From assembly GCF_009914755.1 (NCBI RefSeq), contig NC_060928.1: a stretch of 64,000 nucleotides of DNA; one strand, written 5' to 3'. Origin of the DNA: the human T2T-CHM13v2.0 reference genome, Homo sapiens. The notes under the pieces were generated by a model, which was given only the letters and a program-made list of their open reading frames with translations, searched no databases and was not told the DNA's origin. This document shows, in pieces, positions 39,716-53,474 of this stretch (positions within the stretch are counted from its first letter, which is position 1; each line of letters opens with the position of its first letter). The position numbers were made by a program, and so were the translations under genes.

Positions 39716-40277
39716 ATATCAGTTAGGATTTAGGTCAACTCTGAGAGACAAAAAATAAATCTAAAATAATAGTGGCTCAGACGAAATAGAAGTCTATTTA
39801 TTTCTAATATAACAGAGTCCAGAAGTAAGCTATCCAAGATAAGATAAGAATGATCATAAGGGATCCAGCTCCTCACATTTTCTTAGATAATATCTTAGCA
39901 GAGATGTGGAAGGGATTTTGTGAAAGAGCATTTGTATTTTAATTCATAGAATATTTGCACCACTATTATACTGATCCTCAACATGCAGCCTCCACCTCAC
40001 GTCTTAAGATAGTTGCTTGGACTCCAGGCCACCCTGTCCACATTCCAACCATCAGAAAGGAAGAAGAGTGTGTAGGGCAGCTGTTCTCTGTGTCACCACA
40101 ACCACCTGCCACTTACAAAATTTTCCCTAAAACTTGGCCATGTGACCACAACTAACTTCAAGGGAGGCTGGGTCTTATTTCAGGCATGTGCCCAGCTAAA
40201 AATCACAAGTCATATAATAAAGAATAATGAAAAAAAAAAAAAACGGGTTTTGAGAGACAACCAACAAGCTCTGCTAC
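39716..40277 (-). mobile_element. MLT1J-like LTR inserted in a MIR (MIR halves about 39640-39715 and 40278-40350)
   Basis: tatcagttaggatttaggtc...aataatagtggctc...agaagtctatttatttct...ctctgctaca; the MIR resumes with caagttgcatgaccttgctgagcctgtttcttcatctgt. Confidence 0.7.
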
Positions 40278-41214
40278 AATCTCAAGCAAGTTGCATGACC
40301 TTGCTGAGCCTGTTTCTTCATCTGTGAATACATGAATTTTAACCCCACAGCCTCGACTGGGGCTGAGGCTGGCCTGACTGATCATCAGCTTTGGGACAGA
40401 TGGTGCCTGAATCAGGGACTTTATTCTTTTAATATGTGAGCTTCTGAGACACAAAGTACAGATTCAACTAGAACCCGGGCAGGAGAGTGGAGGTCCAAAT
40501 GCTAAGCACTGAGTCAGGAAAAGAGGTATTTTTGGATGGGATGGAGATGGAATAAAAGTAAGCACTAAGAAGGTAAAATCAAACTACAGGTAATGTGAGG
40601 AGTTCGGAAAGAGAAGAAAGGACCAAAGTTATTGCCTCGAACTGCAGACGTTTAGTAGCATTGAATATTTGTTTGTAATGGATGTTTGTTTACAGAGGTA
40701 TGTTTCTCAAAGAATCAACCTAGTGTTAAAGTCCAGGGTCAGTGCAGGCAATGACGAAGATTAAATGAAAATGTCTGCAAAAACATCTTGTGAACTGTAA
40801 AGTGGCACTCACATGTAATAAAAGTAGTATTATTAATAACTAATGCTATCTTACCTTTTTTGCAATTATAAGTGAAGGCAGTACCTCACAAAATCTCGAG
40901 TGTCCCAAATGACTGTTTCTGATGATGAGAAATATTTTTTCAGGTGCTCTCCCATACCAACCAAGAGAGTCAGCTCTGGACTGGAATACAGGAAACCCAA
41001 TTTCCTGACACAGCGCCACAACTTACTATATCTGTGGCCTTTCTAAGTTATTTAGGCAAACTGAGCCTCAGTGTACCCAGCTATAAAATGAAGCAATGTG
41101 TGCTTATCTCAAAAGATAACCTTCAACATAGATCCTGGATCCACATGTTAAATAAATATTAACAGAGTAATTTCTACGTGTCATGTATTTTGCTAGAAGC
41201 CACTATGCAAACAT

Positions 41215-41478
41215 AATATGGTATGAGGTAGTGATTAGGAGTGTAGGTATGAAGGCAGGGTGCCCTAAATCCTAGCTCTGCCATTTGCTAGGTGTCTGAT
41301 ATTGGCCAAGTTCCCTAACCTCACCTTGCTGCAGTTTTCCCATCGGCAAAAGAATGATAATAATGCATACTGCATAGAACTGTCATGAAAGTGAAATGGG
41401 TCAATGCATGTAAAGTGCTTAGAACAGTACCTGGCATGTACCAGGTGTTCAATACATATTATCTAGTATTATTATTAA
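41215..41478 (+). mobile_element. Near full-length MIR
   Basis: tagtgattaggagt...aatcctagctctgccatttgctagg...cagttttcccatc...gtaaagtgcttagaacagtacctggca...tattattatt. Confidence 0.88.
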
Positions 41479-43029
41479 GGTAATTGTTGTTGTCACAATA
41501 AAAGCAATTATCTAGCCTGCATGCATGTCATTCTTACCCTTGACTCCACCATCATATAGATCTTTCAGTGGATGTAATTTGGGGGCAACTATTACTTGCC
41601 AGGCAATAGACAAGGACTTGGGTATCCGTCATTTATTTCTTACAAGTAACATTGGAATTGTTGTTGTTACCAGAAGAAACTGATGCTTTGTCTAAGCTCC
41701 CACCTGGGATCTGAACCAGGTCTTTCTGACTGTAATAATTTTGTTCTTTCTACCTCAACCTATTTTATTTGTATTTCCCTACCTGATCTTTGCTGATTAT
41801 TTGTTTTTCCTGCCTCGCTGATTAGGAGGAAAGTTCTATTAATAGGAATTATGATTAGTTGACCAGTAGGTGTTATCTATAAGATAAGGCCAGGCTCTTG
41901 AACATAACATTGAGTGCCTCCATGGTCTGATTCTTGCCTATCTCTCCAATCTTTTCTCTTTTCCTCACTCTCTCCCACCACTCTGTCATCTATATACTCC
42001 CTTTGCCTCACTGAGCTCTTCACTGCTCTTCAAAAGACTCCTCCCCTCCTATAACCAGATTTTTTTCTGACCTTGCCATCTATTTTGCCTTTAATGCTCA
42101 CCTTTTCTTCTGTTCATCCTATATGATAACTCAGGCTCCTTTAAGACCCATGTCAGAAAGGAAACATCATGAATTACAGATGCAAGCTGCAATAAGCAAT
42201 GACTTCGTAGAAACCCATTCCAGCTAAGTATTAAGGAATGAAATAAAGATGGTTTATTGATAGCCTCTCTATACTCTATAGAATGAGGGTAGGATTTCCA
42301 TTCCTGCCTTTCTTACAATGTGTAATCCTTCCCCCAAAATTTCCAACTGAAGTCTCATTCTTCAAATATTTATTGACCCTGGACTCTGTTCTAAACTTAA
42401 ACTAGAAAGAGCTGACTCTCTAGAGGGGCAGTGAATACTGATCACATCCCTAAAAATGTGCAATTATTCCTCTCCCCAAATGTAGTTTGGACATTTATCA
42501 AGAAATTTGCATTTGGAACCATAGCCATAGATATGATTGAATACAGCAATTCAAATCATTATAAATCAATGCTGCCAAAGATCTTCTAAGCATCCTACTT
42601 CCTAGTTTCAGCTCAGTTTTCTCAAATTGTTCTTGAAAGCATTAAGTGCAACTGCAGTGGATCTCTTTGGGCTGAGCTACATATTTCTGCCACAAATATG
42701 ATGTTCTACTTTGTCACACGTTAACTCCAAATAACCACATGTAGCTGACCTCATGCCTGCTCTGGGAAAATGGGACAACTGGGCTTTGTGCATTTGCATT
42801 ATGTGTCTTGGAAGTGAAATAGACAAGTGACGGTAGTTTTGCTAGTCCTTTTGACAAAGGATGTCTCTTTGAACTTTTGAAGAACAATTTTAAAGATCCC
42901 ACATTAGAGTAATATCTCAGCAGAGTTATAGAAGGGACTTTGTAAAAAATCATTTGTACTTTAATTTAAGGAATATTTGCAGCACTAGACACAGAAACAG
43001 GGTCTTAGTAAAATGCAAGCTTCATTGGT

Positions 43030-43200
43030 GCTACAGAAAGATCACAAGGATGGAGCTAGACCTGAAGATAAATTCCAGCTTTGCGACATGCTATGCAGCT
43101 TTGGGCAAGTACCTGAACTCCATTAAGCCTCAGTTCAATCAGCTGTAACCTGAGAATAGTAATAATTTCTGGCATTTGTAGGTGTTAGAGAAGCTGTAAT
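43030..43200 (+). mobile_element. MIR fragment
   Basis: ttgggcaagtacctgaactccattaagcctcagttcaatcagctgtaa. Confidence 0.7.
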
Positions 43201-43628
43201 TATTCAAAGACATTATCTAAGCTACTTGCCTTGGAAACCAGAGCCTTAGAGACAACTGAACACATAAGTATAAGGAACTATGGCAGAGAGAAGAGAGCCT
43301 GTACTGTGAATGGCAGATAGTCTAGCCAAGGCTGAGTTGGACCTCAAATCCTGGATCTAGGCCCCTGCTCTGAAAGCCAAGTGATCTAGTCTATGACAGC
43401 CCTAGAGGTGATCACTTTATAAGAAACACACTAAAACATACAGAAGATGGAGGCAGACAACAGAATGCTACTGTAACTGGAAATCTGATCTTGAACCATA
43501 TCTTAAAACTGTGCTGTAAAAGAGGACCTATTTTGAAAATATCCTCATTGGTAGATACTTCAAAACTTCAGTTGGGTTCTAGGTAGGTGCTGGAGAAAGC
43601 TAAAATATCTTCTCAAGAAAATGGGAAA

Positions 43629-43663
43629 GTGTGTGTGCGTGTGTGTGTGCATGTGTGTGTGTG
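43629..43663 (+). repeat. Imperfect (TG)n
   Basis: gtgtgtgtgcgtgtgtgtgtgcatgtgtgtgtgtgt. Confidence 0.85.
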
Positions 43664-46600
43664 TTTCTCCAGGTAGGTATGTGGTCCGGTCTAAGACTGA
43701 AGGAGTAGAGAATGGGGGAAGGGGATTTCAAAGAAGAAACCACTAGGATAATGAAAGGAAACAAGGATACCTAAGGCTCAGTTTAATGTTATTTGCTCTG
43801 CCCTAAAGTTCCACTATCTCAAAACTTCAGGGAAGATCTCATGCCTACTCTTGCCTTATATATATTGGACATTTTTTGTGTGTTTATGAAGAAAAGAGGT
43901 TGATTTTCCTGGATCAATGGCTGAGAAGATGTAAAGGAAAAACTAGAAGATCCAAAGTGGGGAAATTTAGCAAATTAGAACCAAAGGTAATCCTATGAAT
44001 GTAAACCTGCCCTCTCTGCCTCAGCATGAACTCACAGAAATATTAGAAACAGCATTAAACTTTAAACGAAGCATGAAGTGGGAGGCTGAAACAATCTTAT
44101 CTAGATTCTAAGGGGTAGATGTAAGTGTAAAACTTTAATCAGGAAAAAAATGTATTCCAGGAATTCAATTATTTGAAATCTTCATGATGAATGCCTATTT
44201 TCTGCCATCACTCTCCTTAGGAAGCTAAGTCCTAATCAGAATTTTACTTAGGTAAGTAGAAAGTCAGAATCATAGAAATGTAATAATCTTGGGAAAAGGT
44301 ATCCTCTGAGATATCTTCTATATGTTTATAAAATGGGAATGACTTTGGGACTTTGGCAATTTAAGAATGACCTACACAACTTCTGGTTGACCAAGATTCC
44401 CTGTCTTCCAGGCAGTGCTAGAACAAATTGGCCAGGTCCTTATTTACATTCTCTTGGATGTACTAACTACACATATTCAGACCAACCTCAGATGGTATGT
44501 TTTCTCTCCTAGAGTTTATTAGTATCATTGCCTGTGATTCAACCTTATTGGGCAGGTGTAGCCTAGTCTTTGTTAGGTCCAGAGCTACCTCAAGATTGAC
44601 TAACCTCTTGAGGCATTTCCACCCTGTTATTTTAGATTGGTTCTTTTAAGGCTAATTTCCTCCATCATGTGCTGACTTTGTAGTTGAGCCTTCAGAAGGT
44701 AATCTTGTGTTCGTTGTTCTCAAGTCCTTAGAAGACAACTTGCTATAGCCTTGAGGATGGAAAATAAGTGTAATAAACTTGGCACCTAGTTGATGTTCAA
44801 TAAATGTTAATTCCCTCTTTTACCTTGGGGTATAGAAGACCTTTGCAATCTATTTATGAACAAGTATTTAATAAGGGTTGGCAGAGAGTAGTGAGTTAAT
44901 AACAGCGGCTGCTATGTAAAACGTATTGGCAAAGTGAGTTGAGAACTTTTATGCATTTTTTGTAGAACACTAATAATGTGTATATAACTTGGTTTGATTG
45001 AGAGGAATGAAATGATATTGATTATAATGGCAGCATATCTATGCAAAAGGCTTTAGATTCCAAACTTATCTGGAATCTAAACTCTTGAGTTAGTACGAAC
45101 CTATGGAAATAAAGACTTGTTAAAACTACTCACATCACCAATATAATATATTCCTATCATATATTTACCTTTACATTTGTAAAATCCTTGAAGTGAGAAA
45201 CTGTGTTTATTCCTAGTATTCAGCAGTGCCTGCTACACAGTGATATTGAATAGGTGTTTCTGAAGTGTGTGTTGAATGCACAACTGATCTCTCCATTTAA
45301 AAAAATCACCTTGTCAATGGAACAATGATATCCACTTTATTACTATGTAAATATTCATCCCTCTTGCTGCATTTCTTTCTAGTGGCCATTATTTATCATC
45401 TTGCAGTTTGAATCTTTTGTAAAATAATGAGGAAATAAGATGTGCTTGGCATGGGTAGAGGTTTATCTTTTGGGTTGAGGTTTTTTAATTTGTTTTATTT
45501 GGGGAGATCTATTTGAGATTTTAATACTAAAATATTTTCTAATTTTTGAAACAACCCCAGCAAAGATAGTATACAAAACACAAAATAAGTGTAGACATTT
45601 GTCTAAGATAAAATTCTACTGAATTCAGGGAATCTCTGCTTCACTCATTGTGCATGCTGATGCTGCCTGAACTTCATCCATGTTCACTGAAGAGAAAGGT
45701 CAGGGTCTTCCCATGAGTGATGGAGCAGTGCTAAGCAGCCAGCACAGAAAGGAAAACAGAAAAACAAACATCAGGTTCCCGGAAGAGTGAAAGGAAAACA
45801 AGTGTGTATTGAATGTCTACTTTATGTCAGGGGTTGCCCGCAGGATGCTTTTCTGTGACTTGATTCAATCCTATAAGAAAGGGATTTATAATTTTCATTC
45901 TAGAGAAATATAAACTGCTTTAGTTAAAGTCACATAGCTACTAAGTGGCTGAGATTTTTATTTGGTCTGTCTGGCTCCAAACCTCTATCTTTTTCTACTA
46001 AACCAGTATTTCCTATGTGTTTCTGATTCAAAAAATAACCTGAAGCACTTAATAAAAATATACATTTTCAGGCCTCTGTCTAAGAGATCTCATCTGGATA
46101 AGTCTGGGTTAAGTTTGTGAAATTTAAACAATCACACCAGGTGGTTTTTGTGAGCAAGCGAGGTCTGCATCCCCCGACTCACCATTCTACCTTCCAGAGA
46201 TATCCAAAGTGTCAAAATATACAAGAGCTTCAAAATAGCCCAAAGAGAGACAAAGCGCTAAAAGACTTTAAATATCCCCATCATCATCTCCCTTCCCCTT
46301 CATCCTGCCATCTCTCCATTTCATTTTGTGAACAGTAGACATATATTCACAGCATGTACCCTCAGCTTAAAGCACCCCTTTCAACAGATTTATCCCACCA
46401 AGCCTCTCCTATACAAAAATGATGAAATCTACTCTGGAAAGAGCTCAGTCTTGGTTAATTTCATTCTAGAAAGTCTGGGCAAAAACACACACAAAAAAAA
46501 ACAAAAAAAAATAGTCAAATGATTTTCCAGATTAATATGGTTTGAATGGATCTGAAAGTTCTCTCTGCTAGCTCCCCTCTCCATTTCTCTTTTGAGTTCT

Positions 46601-47030
46601 CACTGTCTGTTTCTGCATCTCTGTTTCTCTATAAGTTGTATGCATATTCTAAAATACCTGCGTCTTGCCACTAAACTTTGTATGAGTCATCACTTATGAA
46701 GATGAGGCTTCTAGGATTCCCTCTCTATAAATAGATTATTTTTAAGGAGTCAATTCTTAAGCCAGTATTTGTAAAACATTTTCCTTGAAGTCTAATGACA
46801 GAAAAAAGTTACTTGTGCCCTTGGAAGTTGTGGAAACACAACCATAGCATCCTACAAAAAGCATGCAATTCATTTAAAGTTTTTTTTTAAATCTTAAAAT
46901 TTCATGTGAATTTGTTTTTTAAATTATTGACATAATTTAAAATTTGTCCATATTGATTTTAATATAAGAATTTTATTTTTCAATATCTATGAATTAAATT
47001 AAATATGTGTATATGTATGGACATCTATGG

Positions 47031-47031
<1 letters not shown>

Positions 47032-47064
<33 letters not shown>
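47032..47064 (+). repeat. (TG)16 microsatellite
   Basis: 16 perfect TG units. Confidence 0.97.
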
Positions 47065-47066
<2 letters not shown>

Positions 47067-48939
47067 CTTTTCTGAAGCTTTGCCATCCCTGTGTACAGAT
47101 GAAAATACATAGCATTCAATCACTACCATGCATTAACACTTCACCTTAAATAAGTTTACTTGATTAGTTAACTTTCCCAAAATAATGTGACCCAAGATGG
47201 AAATTTATTAAATAGGAAATGGAAGAGAAAAGGTCCAAGCAATGGTATGGATTTGCACATTCCCTGAGGCTGATTATCAAATGAAAGATACCTTATTGTT
47301 GACTAGTCAGTTTGAGTACAAATATTACTTTGAGTCAGATCCTGCTTCCAAGTCTCTCTCAACTTCAGAGTGAATAAGCCTGATTTATTTTCCAAATTGC
47401 ATGTCACTTCCACATTCACTGTCATATGTGAGCTTTACTTTAACTTTATAGAACTAACAAGGCAGAAATTGTTCTCTGAATCTGACAGAGAAAAAAGAAG
47501 GAACAGCAAGATTATAAGACTTACCTAGAATCACACAGATCATTCTAGTTTCCATTTCTCCATATTTCTTCTATGACCTATCCAGTAATATCTCAGACAT
47601 TTTCAGAAATATTAGACATATTCAGTAAGTTATGGCTGAACTGAATTTATTATTCCAACATAAGATTGGGAGTGCAAAGCTTAGATTTGCAGCTCAATTC
47701 TTTCACTCTTCTTAATCTGGTGTCATTATAAAAACATAAGTTGCATTGCAAAAAATGCTAGTAATTTGATAAATAATATTTATGCACCTCCTTGCAAACC
47801 AGCTTTCAGAGTAAAAATATAAAATTGTGCACTGCCCAACTAAAAAAACAAAACAAAAATCCCTCCTGTGTTATCACTGAGAAATCAAGAGACTATTTTT
47901 TAAGTTCCAAAGGGCTCAACAGAAGTCAATATTTGTAAATATTAACCTTGTGAGCAAGCAAGGTTTGAATCTCTTGCTGCACCATTTTTGAGTAGTCCAA
48001 TCTGATAAGAAGAATTCAAATTGGATTGTGATCTGTTTAAATGAAACTCTCCATTTATATCAAATGTGCTCTTTAGTCAGAATAGGAGAGAGAGTAATAA
48101 AAAAAGAGTACAGTTCCGCTGAAAGAGGCCTTGACTCTTTATCATCCATCAGGCAAGGTGAAAAGCTCACTGAAAACTCCAGTGAGATTACATTTAACAT
48201 AAACTTCCTGAGCTGAATTCCATTATTGCTAAAATAACTAGAAGGGAATCATTTAAATATTTTCCTGATGCCAGTATGGGGTCTTATTCAGCTTCTGACT
48301 AACAGCATTTTGAGAACAGTTCATCCTCCCTCAAAGTGTGGAGAATTGCTTAAGTTTTATATATAGAAAAAAAAAAACATTTTAAAAGTGTTATTTTAAT
48401 CTGCCTGCTGATGAAAGTTATCCTGATAGAAGTGAACCACTGCTGCTTCAGACATCCAGCAATAGACATCAGTACTTCCAAGGAAGTTCATGTCATTGTT
48501 GGACATAAAATTATGTTGGAAAGATACAAGCCACAGTGAAGTGAAAAACTGTGAGAGCATACTGCAACCCCCAGCCAGAGAAAAGAAATGGGTGAGAAAT
48601 TTCTCAGAGGCTTCTTGCAGTCAGGTTTGATAGGGTCGTGGCAAAAACTGTTAACAGTTCAAACATCTGCTAGAAATCTCATTCATTTAAGAGAAAAGCA
48701 TGCAATGAATTCTTAATTCATTCACTGATAATTTTCACTTTCAGAATAGAGAGGAAAGGTCAGAATATTTGGGCATTATTCTTACAAAGTAATTACTGGT
48801 CTTGTGGAAATGATTTAAACTTGAAAAAAAGAGTGTATTATATTAAATTTCATGTATTTGAGACAATCAACATGGTGCAGAATTGGATAAAAGGCAACTC
48901 TCAAAAAGACAAGACCAAAAAAATAGTGCCATTTCGTGG

Positions 48940-49130
48940 TATTCATTTATTCGCTTATTCTATTACCTTATTACTATTTGATATTTATTGAACATGTACT
49001 GTATGCCAGGCTCTGTGAGGTCCCAGAGCATAAAGATAAATAATAAAGTCTCTGCCCAAAGGAGTTTGTAATATGGCAGACAACACAAGAAAAATGAATC
49101 AAGGATTCAGGCCAGTGATGATAAGTTTAA
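48940..49130 (-). mobile_element. L2 3' end
   Basis: attcatttattc...atatttattgaacatgtactgtatgccaggctctgtg. Confidence 0.75.
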
Positions 49131-49139
49131 AAAGAAGGT

Positions 49140-49533
49140 TGTGATCTCTTGACTACTCTTCCTGTGTACATTACAGGATTTGGGTAAGAGTACTACATGC
49201 CACTCAGGGTCAAAGCAGAGGGAGAAAGGAAAATCATGGGCAAGTATCTTTATGGTGGTTTCCATGGGAAGAAACGGAATACAGAGTACACGGGCTCAGA
49301 ATTAGCGAGTCTGAATACCTTCAGTAGGCTCTGAGGCATGGGGTCATCCCTGATTGTCTGGTACCTGGCCCTGGGGCGATTAAGCTGGTGGATAGTGTTC
49401 AGGCATGTGAAAGCCTGATAAGGAAGTGGTTGGGGGTATGGAGTTAATTAGCTGTTCAAGAAAAGAAACTGACCAGCCTCCAGCTGGGACTTCAAAACTA
49501 AATCAAGAAAGAATTTTATAAAACCATGTTACA
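49140..49533 (-). mobile_element. ERVL LTR (MER74/MER76/MER73-like)
   Basis: ctttatggtggtttccatgggaag...gtctggtacctggccctggggcgatta...ggatagtg...gataaggaagtggttggggg. Confidence 0.65.
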
Positions 49534-50586
49534 TTCATGCCATCTCAGAGCAGCATAGATAACTCATCATAAAGTGCATGCTGTGCTGCAGTTGCTTATT
49601 ACGTCTCCTGTATTTTCTACCTGATTAAACTAGCTCTATGAGGGCAAGGACACCCCTAGCATCCAGCACATACAAGATGTCTGATGAATGCTTTGAATGA
49701 AACAGAAGGGCATTTAGGTTATGTTTCAAAGAATGAATAGGAGTTGCCTAAAAGCAGATGACTGGGGTAAGAAACCAAAGAAAAAAAAAAAAAGGTAGAC
49801 CAGTGCTAGAAAGTGTTTTGGAATGGCAAACAGTTTTAGGTTTCTTAGCTTACTATTTAGGGAGAAATATCAAGATATAATGAGACTAGAAAAAAAAATT
49901 GAGGTAAAATGAAGGAAAACATGATGTGTTCGTGTAAGAAATTTTAATTTTATCCTATATTAAATGGTGAGGCAGGAAGTTCTAGCACAAGAAGATGGCC
50001 AGACAAGTGAGTGCCATGGGTTGCTTTTCAACGTGGAAAATAAATAGGAGAGATAAGATTTTTCTTACCGTAAGCAATGTCCCATAATAACTGGCACAGT
50101 TCTCTCTAAGCACAAATGCTTTCACCTCTAGAGCCAGCCTTCATTTTCTGTTTATGGCTGGGTCCATGATGAAACACAATGATATGTAGTTATGACCTAC
50201 ACAATATGCTACAAAAAATCCCTCAGCTAATATCACCAATAGATTTCATCTTCTTTTTCACTTTTTTCCCCATGTAGCATGAGCAGATGAATTAAAAAAA
50301 AACTATATAGAAGTACACATTTTTCCAAGAATATGTAATGCCTAAAATATAATTGCTTAAGTCATAAAAGATCTGGTCTCCAAACAAGTTATATTTATCT
50401 AATGACTGTCCAACTGTCTTTAAATTACTGTTTAATAACTACCTTGTGCTCTTATTAAGGAAAAATCATACATGGTGTGATATTGTGTTATGGTTTATTA
50501 TTTTTATTCAGACACAGACATGACACCATAACATTAAGAAGTCATGTCTTTGGCCATATTCAAATAAATAATATACACTAAAAGCC

Positions 50587-50746
50587 GCAATCTGTGAAGG
50601 ATCGCAGGGTTTCCATAAGAAAACGAAAATGTAGATGCAGACATCTGATTTGCTCAGTTCCTTCACAAGATCCTTGCAGCCTCCTCCATGTGGGACATAA
50701 AGAGCTTTTGTGACGCACATGCTGTGCATCACAAATGGAGAGGCTG
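50587..50746 (-). other. Unclassified multi-stem structured element (candidate ncRNA structure or ancient hairpin repeat)
   Basis: Five nested stems found by eye, including tttgtgacgcaca-tgc-tgtgcatcacaaa; see findings. Confidence 0.5.
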
Positions 50747-51240
50747 GCCAAGAAAAATATACAGTTACCAGAAGAATAAACCCAGGATGAAAAGCACAGA
50801 GGTAGCATCAATAGACGTCTAATATGCCATTGGCCCCATCTGGTTAGAATCACATCATCAGAATCAGAGCTGGAGTAGACCTTCCAGGTCATCCCTTCCA
50901 TCCTCTTACCAACACAACAATCATCTTTTTGAAGACCAAGTCCAGTTCAATTTCACATGTCTCAAGAGACAAAAATTCCACAGATTCTGGAAGCAAGATA
51001 TTTACCATATTTAAAGAGCCAAAAGTAGACATAGTAGAGATTTCAGTCAGTAAAAAAACTGTATTTGGCCTTTGAAATATAAGTATAGGTTTTTTAAAGT
51101 AAAAATTCTCCCAGTAAAAGACAGCTTGAGGCAGAGGGAGAATCACAACTGAGATGGAAAGAAGAATTGCTGTGAGCTGTTAACAAAGATTTAAGGGACC
51201 CTCAGAATTGTTTTCAAGGGAGCTTCAAGAATCAGTCTAG

Positions 51241-51672
<432 letters not shown>

Positions 51673-52639
51673 TAGGTTCTTATTATAGATAACGGAAGAC
51701 ATTTGGCCTTTGGGAGATGGTAGGGAGAGGAGGACGATTGCCTACTAAGAGAAATCCTATGTGAAGAGCCAAGAGGCAGAATCAGAACATGTATTAAATT
51801 TTTAAGAGTCTGTCTGAAGGTAAGATCAAAGATAGCCTATGGAGACAAGAGTTTGCGAGTGAGAAAATAAGATATAGTACAAACAGGTTTAGGCCAAAAA
51901 GAATGAGGAACTCCTAAATGGTTGTCTTTAAGAGTCGTTTTTTGTTCAAAAGAAGTACTATGTGGTAGTCTAATTATATACATATAATTAGACATATATA
52001 TATATATGAGACAGATAAAGCAGAGATATTCTGGGTAAAACATGAGACAGGATTGAATATGTGGGGAATGCTCCAGGCCTCCTGCTCAAATCCACCTATT
52101 CCTTTGGAGGCCCTTGCTGCAATGCTGTGGAACTCCCAGGAAAAACACCAATTCTCAACTGTAGAATTAAGATTTCATTTATGAGTATTCTGTGGTGGAG
52201 TATGTCAAAAGGGAAATGTTAAAGCTCCTGAATGAGGAATTTTACCCGCAGAACTCAGAGCTTGTTTTATTGAAGGCAATGTTCTATCACCTTTCACATC
52301 CATGTGACTCAGTATTCTTCACAAATGCCACAATCCTATCTGTCTCAGCAGAGTATGTGATGTGCAGTCTCTGAACACTTTCTGTGGCTTGCTTTTATGT
52401 ACCAGTAAAGTGAGACAGCCAAGTCTAAAGAGGTCAAGGCAGGAAGTATAGCAAGGAGATAGAAGGTAAATAGTGTGAAAAAGAGAAATGAGAGAATCGC
52501 CAAACCATAATACAGGAAAGCAGTAGAAAATAAAGCCAGAGTAGGTAAAGAGACCCTCAAGGACGAAACTGGGTATTGATGGTATAACCAACAGTGCTAT
52601 TTTCTAAACCAAAGGTAAATACCATCATTTTTTCTTGTT

Positions 52640-53086
52640 AGGAGAAATATTTTGTTTGGAAAATATACTCTCCTACACCCAGCCTTGTATTTAACTAGAT
52701 CAGTCATAGGAATTCCATCCCCCTTGCTATATTGATTAGGAATATGACGCCATCATGGCCAAAGAAGAAATGTGAAAGGGGGCTTCTGTAGAGAATTTTC
52801 CTGCTCCGATAATGGCACAGCTGTGATGAGATGGCCTTTCTTCTTCTCTTAGGTATTCTGTCTAGCCACCTAGAATTAAAGAAGTCATCTGTGACTCAAA
52901 AGGAACATACGGGGTGACAATGTTGACACAAACGTCTTTCTTCCTTGATGTCAACGTTGCACCAGTGAATTGTCCAAGCCCTACTTTGGGCTCCTCTTTA
53001 GAGAAAATATCAGTTTTTGCTTACTTCCTGGGTAAGTTGAGAAAATAGGTTTCTTTAGCGGTGAGCTAAGCATCCCAGTTGATACT
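52640..53086 (+). mobile_element. MLT1J/K-like LTR
   Basis: ccatcccccttgct...ggcttctgtagagaattttcctgctc...ccttgatgtcaacgttgcacc...ctaagcatcccagttgatac. Confidence 0.55.
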
Positions 53087-53181
53087 GGAAGGTGGAAAGA
53101 AGCCTTACACCCTAACTCACAATTGCTATCTCCTGAGCATTTCTTGTAGATATTGCTTTGTACCTGTCACTGAACTGAAAC

Positions 53182-53474
53182 TTTTTTTTTTTTTAAGACG
53201 GAGTCTCGCTCTGTCGCCCAGGCTGCAGTGCAGTGGTGCCATCTCCGTTCACTGCAAGCTCCGCCTACCAAGTTCACGCCATTCTCCTGTCTCAGCCTCC
53301 TGAGTAGCTGGTACTATAGGCGCCCGCCACCACGCCCGGCTAATTTTTTGTGTTTTTAGTAGAGACGGGGTTTCACCATGTTAGCCAGGATGTTCTCAAT
53401 CTCCTGACGTCGTGATCCACCCGCCTCGGCCTCCCAAAGTGCTGGGATTACAGGCGTGAGCCACTGCGCCTGGC
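53182..53474 (-). mobile_element. AluY
   Basis: Diagnostic ctgcaagctccgcc, gttcacgccattctcctg and ttagccaggatg, with many retained CpGs; TSD tgaaacttttttt. Confidence 0.95.

Noticed and set aside
41429-41446. Near-palindrome acctggcatgtaccaggt
   Set aside because: It lies within a MIR 3' end and is explainable by point drift.
50590-50770. Hammerhead ribozyme or H/ACA snoRNA reading of the structured element
   Set aside because: There is no CUGANGA core ahead of the stem followed by GAAA, and no ANANNA hinge between the two domains.
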